From: Escherichia phage IrisVonRoten
Direction: 5' to 3' (one strand)
Length of the DNA: 64,000 nucleotides
Sequence record: MZ501075
The translations under genes were made by a program, and so were the position numbers. The first letter of the stretch is position 1; each line of letters opens with the position of its first letter. The notes under the pieces are model-generated. The model was not told the origin of the DNA. It was given only the letters and a program-made list of their open reading frames with translations, and made no database searches. Shown one piece after another: positions 55,215 to 64,000 of the stretch.

Positions 55215-55345
55215 CACTACCCATTTACCCTGTATATTTATACAGTAGGATAACATGTGGATAAGTCTGTGGATAAGTCCTTATATCGCCGCCTATCGTG
55301 TCAAATCATTTTGTGCTGTTAATAACATTGTGGATAACTTAAATG
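55215..55345. repeat. right arm of approx. 120-bp imperfect inverted repeat with three DnaA boxes
   Basis: tgtggataag x2 and tgtggataa (reverse-complement TTATCCACA). Confidence 0.65.
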
Positions 55346-55371
55346 ATAGTGGTTCTCACTTAGGACGATAG

Positions 55372-55424
55372 TTTCTTATAGTTATTATTTCTATCGGTTA
55401 CGATTTCTTATAATTATTATTTCT
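55372..55424. repeat. 21-bp direct repeat pair (TTTCTTATARTTATTATTTCT)
   Basis: Two near-identical copies 11 bp apart. Confidence 0.6.
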
Positions 55425-55620
55425 CATTAATTTATAAGTATATTATATATCATGAAATAGTTAGTTGGCTAATGAGATTTTCCGTGATTAATAGTCTGCT
55501 AATAGTTCCGGCTGTTACAATCCACCAGCATGATTATCATCCTAGCAACTATTAGTCTGCTATCTTTCCGATGCATACTAACAAATAAAAGTCAATTAAT
55601 TTATTTCATAAAATAAGTAG

Positions 55621-55653
55621 TTATCCACTGGAAAATAAAAGTCAAGTGGATAA
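55621..55653. promoter_or_regulatory. pair of convergent DnaA-box-like sites (TTATCCACT / AGTGGATAA)
   Basis: 8/9 matches to TTATCCACA in inverted orientation. Confidence 0.4.
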
Positions 55654-56109
55654 CTAGGAAAATTTCATTTTTGCTTTTGGGGATAAGTTATCAACAAGGC
55701 TAGAATGCGCCTAAAACGCCCTAGAACGCGATGAAAGTTTTAGCCATGCCATTGCATTGCCTACCCTCGTTTATCGCTACCACGAGCTTTTTAGTTTTTG
55801 TCAAGTAGGGCAAGGCAAATATAAATGAAAAAATTACTTGCCAACCTGCTCGGTTTTATGGTATTCGCGCGCCCGTTTCCTTTAATTTTAGTGCGCCGCG
55901 CCCAGGTCGCCGCACGGTGTCCGGTGGCATTTTGTCTTTACGTTTCTTTACAAAAATAAGGTTGCGCCATTTTTACTATTTGCTATTATTTATCTCGTAG
56001 GGCGGCAATGACGAACTACACGGCGGGAAGTTTACCGCCGCGCTCTTTAAAAATTGGGTACATCTTAAAGTCTATCGGCGGTAAACTTATATTATAAGGA
56101 ATCGCAGAT

Positions 56110-56313
56110 ATGAAACAAACTTTATTGATCACTGGTAAACCAGCTAAAAAATTAGATGGTACTACTAAAAAATTGTTGACAATAGCCCAGCAATCCGTAA
56201 AATACCGATTTGCTCAGTACAAGAAAGGCCGCCAGCAGGGTTTAGAAATGATCTGGCGTAATATTATGATCGACCTGAAAGAAAATCATAAAAAACTGCA
56301 AAAAACAGTTTGA
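56110..56313 (+). CDS. hypothetical basic protein (67 aa)
   Basis: ORF after RBS taaggaatcgcagatATG. Confidence 0.4.
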   Translation: MKQTLLITGKPAKKLDGTTKKLLTIAQQSVKYRFAQYKKGRQQGLEMIWRNIMIDLKENHKKLQKTV

Positions 56314-56542
56314 CACTCTAGCCGATAGGCTTTAAGATGTACCCAGTTCGATGAGAGCGATAACTTGATACAATTTGACGGCCGGTACTTGCCATAATGT
56401 GCCCCGCCCCCCTAACTGGGATATAGCGGCCCGCGTGGAGTTCCTTAAATTGATTATAATGGCGAGTGGATTTTTTCTTATTATCTGCTAGAAAGTAGCA
56501 GATAATGCGGAACAATCCGTTTAATAAACTGGAGTTTATACC

Positions 56543-56794
56543 ATGAAAAACGTTATTAATACGCCTAAAATTGGTCAATCCGTTTTCATCCCTTTCGTTA
56601 CTAAAACGGATGAACTAACCGGAAAAGCCGAACGTATTAAAGGTGCGGCGCTTATGCCGTTTGATACAATCGACGCGGTATACGCTGAAAATGAACGTAG
56701 TAACAACGGCAAAACCGTTTTTAGCGTTCGCGTTAAATCCGGCGACGTTGTAAAGGTTGTACAGCGTAACGAAAAATGGGAAGCTGTAGCGTAA
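56543..56794 (+). CDS. hypothetical protein (83 aa)
   Basis: ORF after RBS ctggagttt. Confidence 0.45.
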   Translation: MKNVINTPKIGQSVFIPFVTKTDELTGKAERIKGAALMPFDTIDAVYAENERSNNGKTVFSVRVKSGDVVKVVQRNEKWEAVA

Positions 56795-56890
56795 TAGTGT
56801 TACTTTTATATCCCCCAGTAGTTCGGGGGATATAACGATTAACATTATGTTAATCTTATCCCTTAAATTAAACTAATAGGAGTTTTTACC

Positions 56891-57298
56891 ATGACTAACG
56901 TTAAAACCGCAAAATTTGCTTGGAATGAAGAAAACACTCAAAAAGCTGTTTCTATGTACCAGCAGTTAATTAATGAAAACGGTTTAGATTTCGCAAATAG
57001 CGACGGTTTAAAAGAGATTGCAAAAGCAGTGGGCGCGTCTTCTCCCGTGTCTGTTCGCTCAAAATTGACCAGCGCAAAAGCGTATCAGAAAAGCGATAAG
57101 CCTCGCAAAGTTGGCGGCGGTAGCTCAATCCGCAAAGCTCACTATGTACGCGTTATCGCTAAACATGCTATTGATTCCGGCATTATTAAAGACGCCGACG
57201 ATCTGGCAAGTCTGGAAAGTGCAAAACTTGAAACGCTGGACGCCGTAGCGCAACTGTTAGGCGTTGCCGATGAAGTAAAACAGGCCGCAGGTGAATAA
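56891..57298 (+). CDS. A2: A2-like pre-early protein (candidate)
   Basis: 135 aa protein just upstream of A1-like gene; identification by size/position only. Confidence 0.4.
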   Translation: MTNVKTAKFAWNEENTQKAVSMYQQLINENGLDFANSDGLKEIAKAVGASSPVSVRSKLTSAKAYQKSDKPRKVGGGSSIRKAHYVRVIAKHAIDSGIIKDADDLASLESAKLETLDAVAQLLGVADEVKQAAGE

Positions 57299-57306
57299 AT
57301 TTAATT

Positions 57307-57332
57307 AGTGGGGAATATTCCCCACTATAATT
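57307..57332 (+). terminator. terminator-like hairpin
   Basis: agtggggaatattccccact. Confidence 0.45.
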
Positions 57333-57354
57333 TCCCTTTGACTGGAGTTTTAAA

Positions 57355-57552
57355 ATGATCTTTTACCCCACTGAATCGTTAATTCTAGGCTTATTTATTA
57401 TGGCGGCCTCGTTATTATTCGCTTATTTTCAAAATGATTTAGACTCATATTATTTTAAACGTAAGTCTAAATTGGCAAAGCGTTTAGGTCTGATTTGTTT
57501 TATTGCCGCCATTGCTTGTGGTGTTAGTTCTAGCCTAGTGCCTTTAAATTAA
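57355..57552 (+). CDS. small membrane protein (65 aa)
   Basis: Two hydrophobic helices. Confidence 0.4.
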   Translation: MIFYPTESLILGLFIMAASLLFAYFQNDLDSYYFKRKSKLAKRLGLICFIAAIACGVSSSLVPLN

Positions 57553-57642
57553 TGTTGCAAATTATAACGCCTATTGTTCGAGGCGTTATATTTGGCAATA
57601 TTGCCGTTATTAACCTAATCCCTTTAATGGAGTTTTATTACT

Positions 57643-59313
57643 ATGATTATTTCCGCAGAAAAACAAACCGTTATCCTGAAAATGGCCGCTGACTTTAACT
57701 TCTACGGTAAACGCCTGCGCGCCACTAAATTGGAAGTTTGTGACGATATTTCGAAAGCGGTATACGATACTACTAAACACTCCACCGCCATTTGTGATTG
57801 GTTGGAAGCAAATAAACCAGCGAAACCAAAAGCGGCAAAAGTAGCAAAAGCCATTAAAAATGATGAGCGCCCAGAAGCGGCTGGGATTGTTTCTAGTACG
57901 GTGGAGCAATGGGAAGTAAAACAAGGTAAACGCTTTATTATTACATCGATTCAGAATAATACTTTCCCGCATAAAAACTTTTTAGCCTCACTGGAGCAAT
58001 TTGCTAAATATATCGGTGCTGATTTGCTTGTTTCTAAGTATATTTATAATAAAAACGGTTTTCAAAATGGGGAAGGTGCGGATGGAATCAAATATGATTC
58101 CGCGTTCGATAAATATATTTGCAGCAAAAACGTGTTTTTAAATAACCGCCGCTTTGCTTTCATGGCTGAAATTAATGTTTTGCCAACCGCAGATTATCCG
58201 CTTTCTGGATTCGCCGAGACTGCAACGGCTTTAAATATTGAGGGGCTGGCAATTGGTCACGCTAAAATTACCGCTGAAAGCGTGCCAGCTTTAAAAGGTG
58301 AAGTAGTGCGCCGTATGTATTCAACCGGAACGGCAACGTTAAAAAACTACATTCAGCAGAAAGCAGGACAAAAGGCCGAGGCGCTGCATAACTTCGGTGC
58401 GCTAATTGTCGAGTTCGACGAGGACGGGGAATTTTTTGTTCGCCAGCTTGAAACAATGGACGAAAGCGGGGTGTTTTATGATCTGAACGTTTGCGCTACT
58501 CCTGCCGGATGCTATGAGACATCGGGGCATGTTTTAGGCTTGCAGTATGGCGATATTCACGCCGAAAAATTAGATGAGGAGTGCGCCGCCGCATCTTGGG
58601 GGCATGGTGATACTTATGGGCTAGTAGATATTCTTAAACCAAAATATCAGTTTGTGCATGACGTTCACGATTTTACATCCCGCAATCATCATAACCGCGC
58701 ATCCGGTGTATTCCTAGCTAAACAATACGCCGCCGGACGTGATAAAGTTCTGGATGATCTTATCGATACGGGGCGCGTGCTGGAATCAATGGAACGTGAT
58801 TTTAGTCAAACAATCATTGTTGAATCTAATCACGATTTGGCGCTATCCCGTTGGCTTGATGATCGTAATGCTAACATCAAAGACGATCCAGCAAACGCCG
58901 AGTTATATCACCGCCTGAATGCTGCAATTTACGCGGCAATCGGTGAACACGACGAAACGTTTAACGTGCTAGATTATGCGTTGCGCAAGGTTGCAGGTTG
59001 TGAATTTAACGCCATTTTCCTGACCACTGATCAATCTTTCAAGATTGCAGGCATTGAATGCGGCGTACACGGTCACAATGGCATTAACGGCAGTCGTGGC
59101 AATCCTAAACAATTTAAAAAATTGGGCAAGTTAAACACGGGGCATACCCATACCGCCAGCATTTATGGCGGCGTATATACCGCTGGCGTTGCTGGTAGTC
59201 TGGATATGGGTTACAACGTTGGCGCGTCAAGCTGGACGCAAACGCATTTAATTACCTATGCAAATGGTCAACGCACTTTGATTGACTTTAAAAACGGTAA
59301 ATTCTTTGCATAA
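57643..59313 (+). CDS. A1: A1-like pre-early protein with metallophosphoesterase motifs
   Basis: 556 aa; GDIHAEKLD, GHGDTYG, HDVHDF, GHTHT phosphoesterase-like motifs. Confidence 0.55.
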   Translation: MIISAEKQTVILKMAADFNFYGKRLRATKLEVCDDISKAVYDTTKHSTAICDWLEANKPAKPKAAKVAKAIKNDERPEAAGIVSSTVEQWEVKQGKRFIITSIQNNTFPHKNFLASLEQFAKYIGADLLVSKYIYNKNGFQNGEGADGIKYDSAFDKYICSKNVFLNNRRFAFMAEINVLPTADYPLSGFAETATALNIEGLAIGHAKITAESVPALKGEVVRRMYSTGTATLKNYIQQKAGQKAEALHNFGALIVEFDEDGEFFVRQLETMDESGVFYDLNVCATPAGCYETSGHVLGLQYGDIHAEKLDEECAAASWGHGDTYGLVDILKPKYQFVHDVHDFTSRNHHNRASGVFLAKQYAAGRDKVLDDLIDTGRVLESMERDFSQTIIVESNHDLALSRWLDDRNANIKDDPANAELYHRLNAAIYAAIGEHDETFNVLDYALRKVAGCEFNAIFLTTDQSFKIAGIECGVHGHNGINGSRGNPKQFKKLGKLNTGHTHTASIYGGVYTAGVAGSLDMGYNVGASSWTQTHLITYANGQRTLIDFKNGKFFA

Positions 59314-59369
59314 TTAAATTATTCCCCTAGCGGCTTGAAATATAGCCGCTATTACAGGAGTCACAAAAA

Positions 59370-59627
59370 ATGAAAGTTACATTACCCAAAACATTGGACG
59401 AAAAAGTATTCATTTCACCGGATGAAATGGAATCTGATAAAGTTTACAGCTTCGGGCCTATCCTAGCCGCTAAAACTAACACTGATGGTATTATTTCCGT
59501 CGATTCCCGTGATAATGATGTTGTTCCTTTTGATGACGATGGCGCTTTTTATGAGTGGCTGAGCGATAATAATTTACCCGTAAACGGTGAATTAACGCCG
59601 TACCAGATGCAGATTATTATCAAATAA
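59370..59627 (+). CDS. hypothetical acidic protein (85 aa)
   Basis: ORF track. Confidence 0.4.
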   Translation: MKVTLPKTLDEKVFISPDEMESDKVYSFGPILAAKTNTDGIISVDSRDNDVVPFDDDGAFYEWLSDNNLPVNGELTPYQMQIIIK

Positions 59628-59665
59628 ATTAAATCAATTATTAAACTAATTGGAGTTTTATAAAC

Positions 59666-60064
59666 ATGAAAAAGCAAAATATTCCATTTGACCGCGCTCA
59701 GTCTTCCATTGTTCTGGTTTATTCTAATGGCGAACGTTACCACGTCGAGGCGGGGCACGTTATTGATGAATTACTAGACTTTAATGACGCTTTGCAGGTT
59801 ACAACATTTGCATATACGCAGGGCAAACTAACCAGCCATATTAAAGCAAAAGGCGTTTATGTTGACACGGTGAAACAAGAAACGACCATTATTGACGCCG
59901 TAAAATCCGGCCTAGCCTTTGCAGTTGTAGCGCCTTGCCTCGCTTGCCTCGATGATCAATTGATCAGCGCAAAGGTATACACCTGCGCGGGTATTCGTTC
60001 CAGCGTATCCGGTGAGGATGTTAGTTTTATCGCTGATGCGTTGGCTTTTGGTCTGGCGTTCTAA
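59666..60064 (+). CDS. hypothetical protein (132 aa)
   Basis: ORF track. Confidence 0.4.
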   Translation: MKKQNIPFDRAQSSIVLVYSNGERYHVEAGHVIDELLDFNDALQVTTFAYTQGKLTSHIKAKGVYVDTVKQETTIIDAVKSGLAFAVVAPCLACLDDQLISAKVYTCAGIRSSVSGEDVSFIADALAFGLAF

Positions 60065-60144
60065 TAGTTAATTTATTATTACCCGCTATCTATAAGCGGG
60101 TAATGCTGAATTAATCTAATCCCTTAAATGGAGAACGTAACAAA

Positions 60145-60879
60145 ATGAATCAAGTTAAGACGAATATTACCCGTAATTTCCCGCATATTTCCCGCGTCAT
60201 GATTTGGGATCTGGACGGCACTATCATTAACTCTTTCCATCGTGTAGCGCCTTGCTTTGATAGCGAGGGCAATTTAGATTTAAATAAGTATAAAAATGAA
60301 GCCTGCAAACATGATTTAATAATGCAAGATACACTATTGCCCCTTGTTACATATATGCGCCAGTGCATGAATGACGCAAATACTTTAAACATTATTTGCA
60401 CCGCTCGACTAATGAGCAAGTCGGACTATTATTATTTGCGTAAACAAGGGTTGCGCGGTCGTGGTGATAGTAATATCCGTGTATTTTCCCGCGATACACT
60501 ACACAAATATTTTGAAGCTGATAAAGTTAGCGAGATATACCACAGCAAAGACGCAGTTTATAAAAGTTACTATTTTGGGCTATTCAAACAATTATATCCG
60601 AACGCTGATTTTACAATGATTGATGATCATAAAGGCGTGCTATCAGCGGCAGCGTCATACGGATTTAAAACGCTGGACGCACAAGCCGTTAACGATATTC
60701 TATCAATCGGCGTGACATTGATAGGTGAAACCTTTATTGATGAATCTCTTGAGGATGATAATGATTATCAGTTCCTAGCCGACCGCCTGCAATTATGTTG
60801 GGAAGGTATGACCGAAGAAGAACGCGCAGAATATAGTTGCAGCCCGCAACAATATATTGAGAAATTAAAAGTTGCGTAA
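60145..60879 (+). CDS. dmp: deoxyribonucleoside-5'-monophosphatase-like HAD protein (Dmp-like)
   Basis: 244 aa; HAD motif I MIWDLDGTIINS; location next to A1-like gene. Confidence 0.55.
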   Translation: MNQVKTNITRNFPHISRVMIWDLDGTIINSFHRVAPCFDSEGNLDLNKYKNEACKHDLIMQDTLLPLVTYMRQCMNDANTLNIICTARLMSKSDYYYLRKQGLRGRGDSNIRVFSRDTLHKYFEADKVSEIYHSKDAVYKSYYFGLFKQLYPNADFTMIDDHKGVLSAAASYGFKTLDAQAVNDILSIGVTLIGETFIDESLEDDNDYQFLADRLQLCWEGMTEEERAEYSCSPQQYIEKLKVA

Positions 60880-61039
60880 TAATTAAAGTTGAAATTGTTT
60901 CACCTTGCAATTAAAATGGTTGCAGGGTGAAACAGTTAGCATGGTAATAGTAACGGGCGGTAATGAGACTCATTCTCATCTGAGAGGCCACTGGACACAC
61001 CCACGCGTACGTAATCCAAAGAAATTGGCAAAAGTCAAA

Positions 61040-61285
61040 TTAGCGCATAGAAGGGTCATCAAACCTGTGCTCTGGTCTGAACTCACGGAATCTCTTCCGC
61101 GACGCCCGAGATCCATCCGACCACTCCCGCTCAAACTCCGCACGTTTCTCGTCAAACTTCCGCTCCCTTTCCGCAATCTCCCGCGATACTTCCGCAGTAT
61201 ACTTACGATGCTTGTTAATAGCCGCAGTCATTCCGAAAATTCCCGCAAGTACCCCGATAATAAAAGCAATTATAATACTAAACAT
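61040..61285 (-). CDS. small membrane protein (81 aa)
   Basis: N-terminal TM helix, charged C-terminus. Confidence 0.4.
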   Translation of the reverse strand: MFSIIIAFIIGVLAGIFGMTAAINKHRKYTAEVSREIAERERKFDEKRAEFEREWSDGSRASRKRFREFRPEHRFDDPSMR

Positions 61286-61472
61286 CTAATTCCCTCTCAA
61301 TTTGCAGAATACGGGTACTATCACAACGTTGGAGTTCTACTAATTTTTCTATAGCAAATTGTTGCTGTTTTACCCGAGCCTCTAGAGTTTTTAGGCGAAC
61401 GTATACGGTGCAAGAAGCAATGAAAATTGTCCAGACTAGTATTACTGTTACTATAGCTACTACTTCCATCAT
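61278..61472 (-). CDS. small membrane protein (64 aa)
   Basis: N-terminal TM helix; overlapping start/stop with neighbours. Confidence 0.4.
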   Translation of the reverse strand: MMEVVAIVTVILVWTIFIASCTVYVRLKTLEARVKQQQFAIEKLVELQRCDSTRILQIERELDV

Positions 61473-61880
61473 TTACGTTTCTCCGTTAATAAAGTTTCAA
61501 TTCTAGCTAAGTGATTATCTAAAATACATTGCCCGATAATCACAACCCCTAGTAGTGCAATAATTATCCATTCCATTAAATCCACCCCGCCATAGCGGCT
61601 AACCAAAAACCTACGAAAATAAAGAATAGGATAGTTCCGAACCCAAAACTATTTATCCAACTCTCATACACTTCTCCACGCCTGCTCTTTCTTTTGTTTG
61701 ACATATCTTTCATGCTCCTATAAATGTGGTATTTAAAATATTTTATAATTTGGGCATAACCAACCGTGCCTGTGAACTCCTAGAAGGACTCCTATTTTTC
61801 TTACCTAGTGGTTTCTGCCAATATACCATCCAAGAAATAAAAAATTTAGTTTACTTGGATGTCTTTTTGTTTTATACTAA

Positions 61881-62147
61881 TTACAGGTAATTAGATTGCT
61901 CTAGTTTAAATTTACAATCACCATATTTAAGGTCAAACTGACTGAGATCCCACCACCCAAATTTAGTACGGAGCTGTACTACTGGGAAGCGATCTCCCTT
62001 AATACGAACTTTTTGAACCTTGAGGCCGTAATGTTCTTCTCCCGCACCACCAAAAGATTTTACAAATCCAGTACAAAATGGTTTGGGAGCAGGTGCACAA
62101 CCAGATAACATAACTGTGGCAACTAGTGCAATTACAAACTTTTTCAT
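61881..62147 (-). CDS. llp: lipoprotein, Llp-like (candidate superinfection-exclusion lipoprotein)
   Basis: Signal peptide + lipobox LSGC; divergent from adjacent receptor-binding-protein candidate. Confidence 0.5.
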   Translation of the reverse strand: MKKFVIALVATVMLSGCAPAPKPFCTGFVKSFGGAGEEHYGLKVQKVRIKGDRFPVVQLRTKFGWWDLSQFDLKYGDCKFKLEQSNYL

Positions 62148-62232
62148 ATTTATCTCTCCATTTCTAATTTATGAATTTATTATAGCAAAATAGAGGGATG
62201 AAAGCAAATACATTTTTATAATAGGAGATTAT

Positions 62233-63990
62233 ATGGGTTTTTTCGCTGGAAAGTATAGCGATGGTAAGACCGTACTATCCTTAAATACTGAATCTGGTGG
62301 TGACATTAATCGTCACTATAGTCCAAATGCCAATAGTATTTTTCATAGTGATATGCCATTTGTCCTAGTTGATGGTACTTACGAGGCTGGGCTAGGTAAT
62401 GCCGGAAATGGGTTTTTTGTATGTCAGATGCCTTCTGACATAATAAATATTAAATCCAATGACCCAGGTAGAGTTATACTAACTGCTATTGAAATTAATG
62501 GTACTCACAGAGCTTTTCTTAATGGTACTCAGAGTAAAGTTGGTCAAACTATAGTTGCCACTCAGGCAGATCCCTTTAGATCTTTTGCTAGTGTTTCTCA
62601 AACCAGTGGGTTTGCATTTGGTAATAGTCTAGCATCTGGCACTTATAATTATAATCCCTCGATAGGGCATGAAGAATCTATCTCTAGGAGTGGTACAGGG
62701 GGTACTACGTTACATAGTACCTATCATGGGATAGTTAGGCCCGGTGCGGGAGCTCCTGTAGGTGTTACTGTTGCAGAAGCCTTTGCACAATTAGGTTTTC
62801 CTACTAATAGTAGCACAGTACCTGTAGATGGCAATAACCCGTACTATTGGGATCCTGGATGGATGTCGCCTCTAGGAGCAGCGCATAGAGGGCATGATTG
62901 GTTTTATGTCTGCAATTCTAATATACGTGGATATGGTGGGGTTAGACAAGGGCTCCCAGGTAATGTAAATACTATGTACCACGACGGTGGGAACAGATTT
63001 GTTTGTAGGGGATCTACTACTAATTTAGCTAACCAGTCGGGTGACTCTACAATACTACAGGATTGGTATAATATAACTCCTACTAAGGTTATTTGGTATG
63101 TTCTTAATTTAAGGTACTCTAATGGTGGAATGAGTATTTCAGGCAACCCCTTTACTGGTTCCGATATTCTTATATCTCCTTCTAATTTCATAATTAAAGG
63201 GGTAAGTCTCCCCAATACCGGGTATAAATTTATAAATCAGAATGCTTTTGGTAACCTAGGTTACCGTCCTGATATGGAGTATATAGGGAATAACGCAGCG
63301 TATACTGGGGTTTTTGGGGATACTACTGCAAGGTGTGAACTTGTAGGGTCTAGTAATGGAGGATTATGGTCTCCTGTAGACTATGGTGGAGCTAAATCAC
63401 AGATTAGCATTTATAAGTTCGGAGTAGGTAAACAGTGGTATGTAAACTCAAATAATAATACTATTGGTAATGAACATGGGGTTGTTTGGGGGCCCTCAGC
63501 AGTTCCACTGCGACTTTTTGGTGGAAATGTAGGTAGTTCTTATATGGGAGATGATATTACACCCCACTATCCAGGAACTGGGGATAGATACGTTGGTTTA
63601 TCAACTATTGGGCTGGGTATACCAGGCGGAAATGCTACAGTAATTCTTACTACTGAAGTTATATCAGGTAATCTTAATTGTGCAGGTGTTCCCGCTAATA
63701 CATGGAATAATGGTGTGTTTCAGGTGCAAGGAAGAAGAGCATATAGCTATAGCGGCGGGGATGCAATATTCCACCAGATTTTAACGCTACCTGTGGGCTA
63801 TCTAGTACCTTTTCATACTACATCTGCTTTTAGATACACGCCTAACAATGCTCTTAGTAGAAACAGTTTTATATATACCGTTAAAAATCTAGGAAATGGA
63901 AATGTAGAGTTAGGAGTAGTTATGCACGTGAGTTTGGGTAGCGCAGTTTTCCTACCTAGATTAAGAGTAACAGTTCAACGCCTTACCTAA
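62233..63990 (+). CDS. candidate receptor-binding tail protein (pb5/Oad-like)
   Basis: 585 aa Gly/Asn/Ser-rich protein adjacent to Llp-like gene; assignment by context. Confidence 0.45.
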   Translation: MGFFAGKYSDGKTVLSLNTESGGDINRHYSPNANSIFHSDMPFVLVDGTYEAGLGNAGNGFFVCQMPSDIINIKSNDPGRVILTAIEINGTHRAFLNGTQSKVGQTIVATQADPFRSFASVSQTSGFAFGNSLASGTYNYNPSIGHEESISRSGTGGTTLHSTYHGIVRPGAGAPVGVTVAEAFAQLGFPTNSSTVPVDGNNPYYWDPGWMSPLGAAHRGHDWFYVCNSNIRGYGGVRQGLPGNVNTMYHDGGNRFVCRGSTTNLANQSGDSTILQDWYNITPTKVIWYVLNLRYSNGGMSISGNPFTGSDILISPSNFIIKGVSLPNTGYKFINQNAFGNLGYRPDMEYIGNNAAYTGVFGDTTARCELVGSSNGGLWSPVDYGGAKSQISIYKFGVGKQWYVNSNNNTIGNEHGVVWGPSAVPLRLFGGNVGSSYMGDDITPHYPGTGDRYVGLSTIGLGIPGGNATVILTTEVISGNLNCAGVPANTWNNGVFQVQGRRAYSYSGGDAIFHQILTLPVGYLVPFHTTSAFRYTPNNALSRNSFIYTVKNLGNGNVELGVVMHVSLGSAVFLPRLRVTVQRLT

Positions 63991-64000
63991 AGGAGGAAAT

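Noticed and set aside
60905-61354. 149-aa plus-strand ORF after the Dmp-like gene
   Set aside because: Arg/Pro-rich translation antisense to two well-formed small membrane-protein genes; likely frame artefact.

Overview
This window reads as a T5-like (Tequintavirus-type) lytic phage genome segment; all calls are from manual reading of the sequence and ORF track, with no database search. Coordinates of RNA genes and signals are hand-counted and may be off by a few bases. Main content: (1) 0.7-22 kb: nucleotide-metabolism early genes (anaerobic RNR NrdD on the minus strand; PhoH-like ATPase, class I RNR NrdA/NrdB, DHFR, thymidylate synthase, RNase H on the plus strand), plus a Sir2-like protein, a NADAR/YbiA-like protein and an SPFH protein. 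(2) 18.6-32.4 kb: a dense tRNA island of about 27 tRNA genes plus several tRNA-like or structured elements, interleaved with small ORFs. (3) 32-51 kb: small early genes each behind its own promoter, including a GrcA homolog, four HNH endonucleases, two T5orf172-domain proteins, a dNMP kinase, a ClpP-like protein, holin and endolysin, and two metallophosphatases. A recurring strong promoter (TTGCTa-17-TATAAT, then ATAAATT and an RBS) precedes most plus-strand genes and RNA clusters. (4) 51.5-55.7 kb: an almost ORF-free repeat landscape (nine copies of a 14-bp motif, six iteron-like repeats, DnaA boxes, and a 120-bp inverted-repeat pair flanking a 2.2-kb small-gene module), resembling the T5 injection-stop region. 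(5) 56-61 kb: pre-early-like genes (A2-like, A1-like, Dmp-like). (6) 61.9-64 kb: a lipoprotein (Llp-like) and a candidate receptor-binding protein. The gene order suggests the roughly 10-kb terminal repeat is present once here, between late and early genes. The most interesting candidates are the NADAR-like and Sir2-like proteins (possible NAD/ADP-ribose-linked counter-defence), the GrcA plus NrdD pairing without NrdG, the noncanonical RNA elements in the tRNA island, and the inverted-repeat-bounded module.
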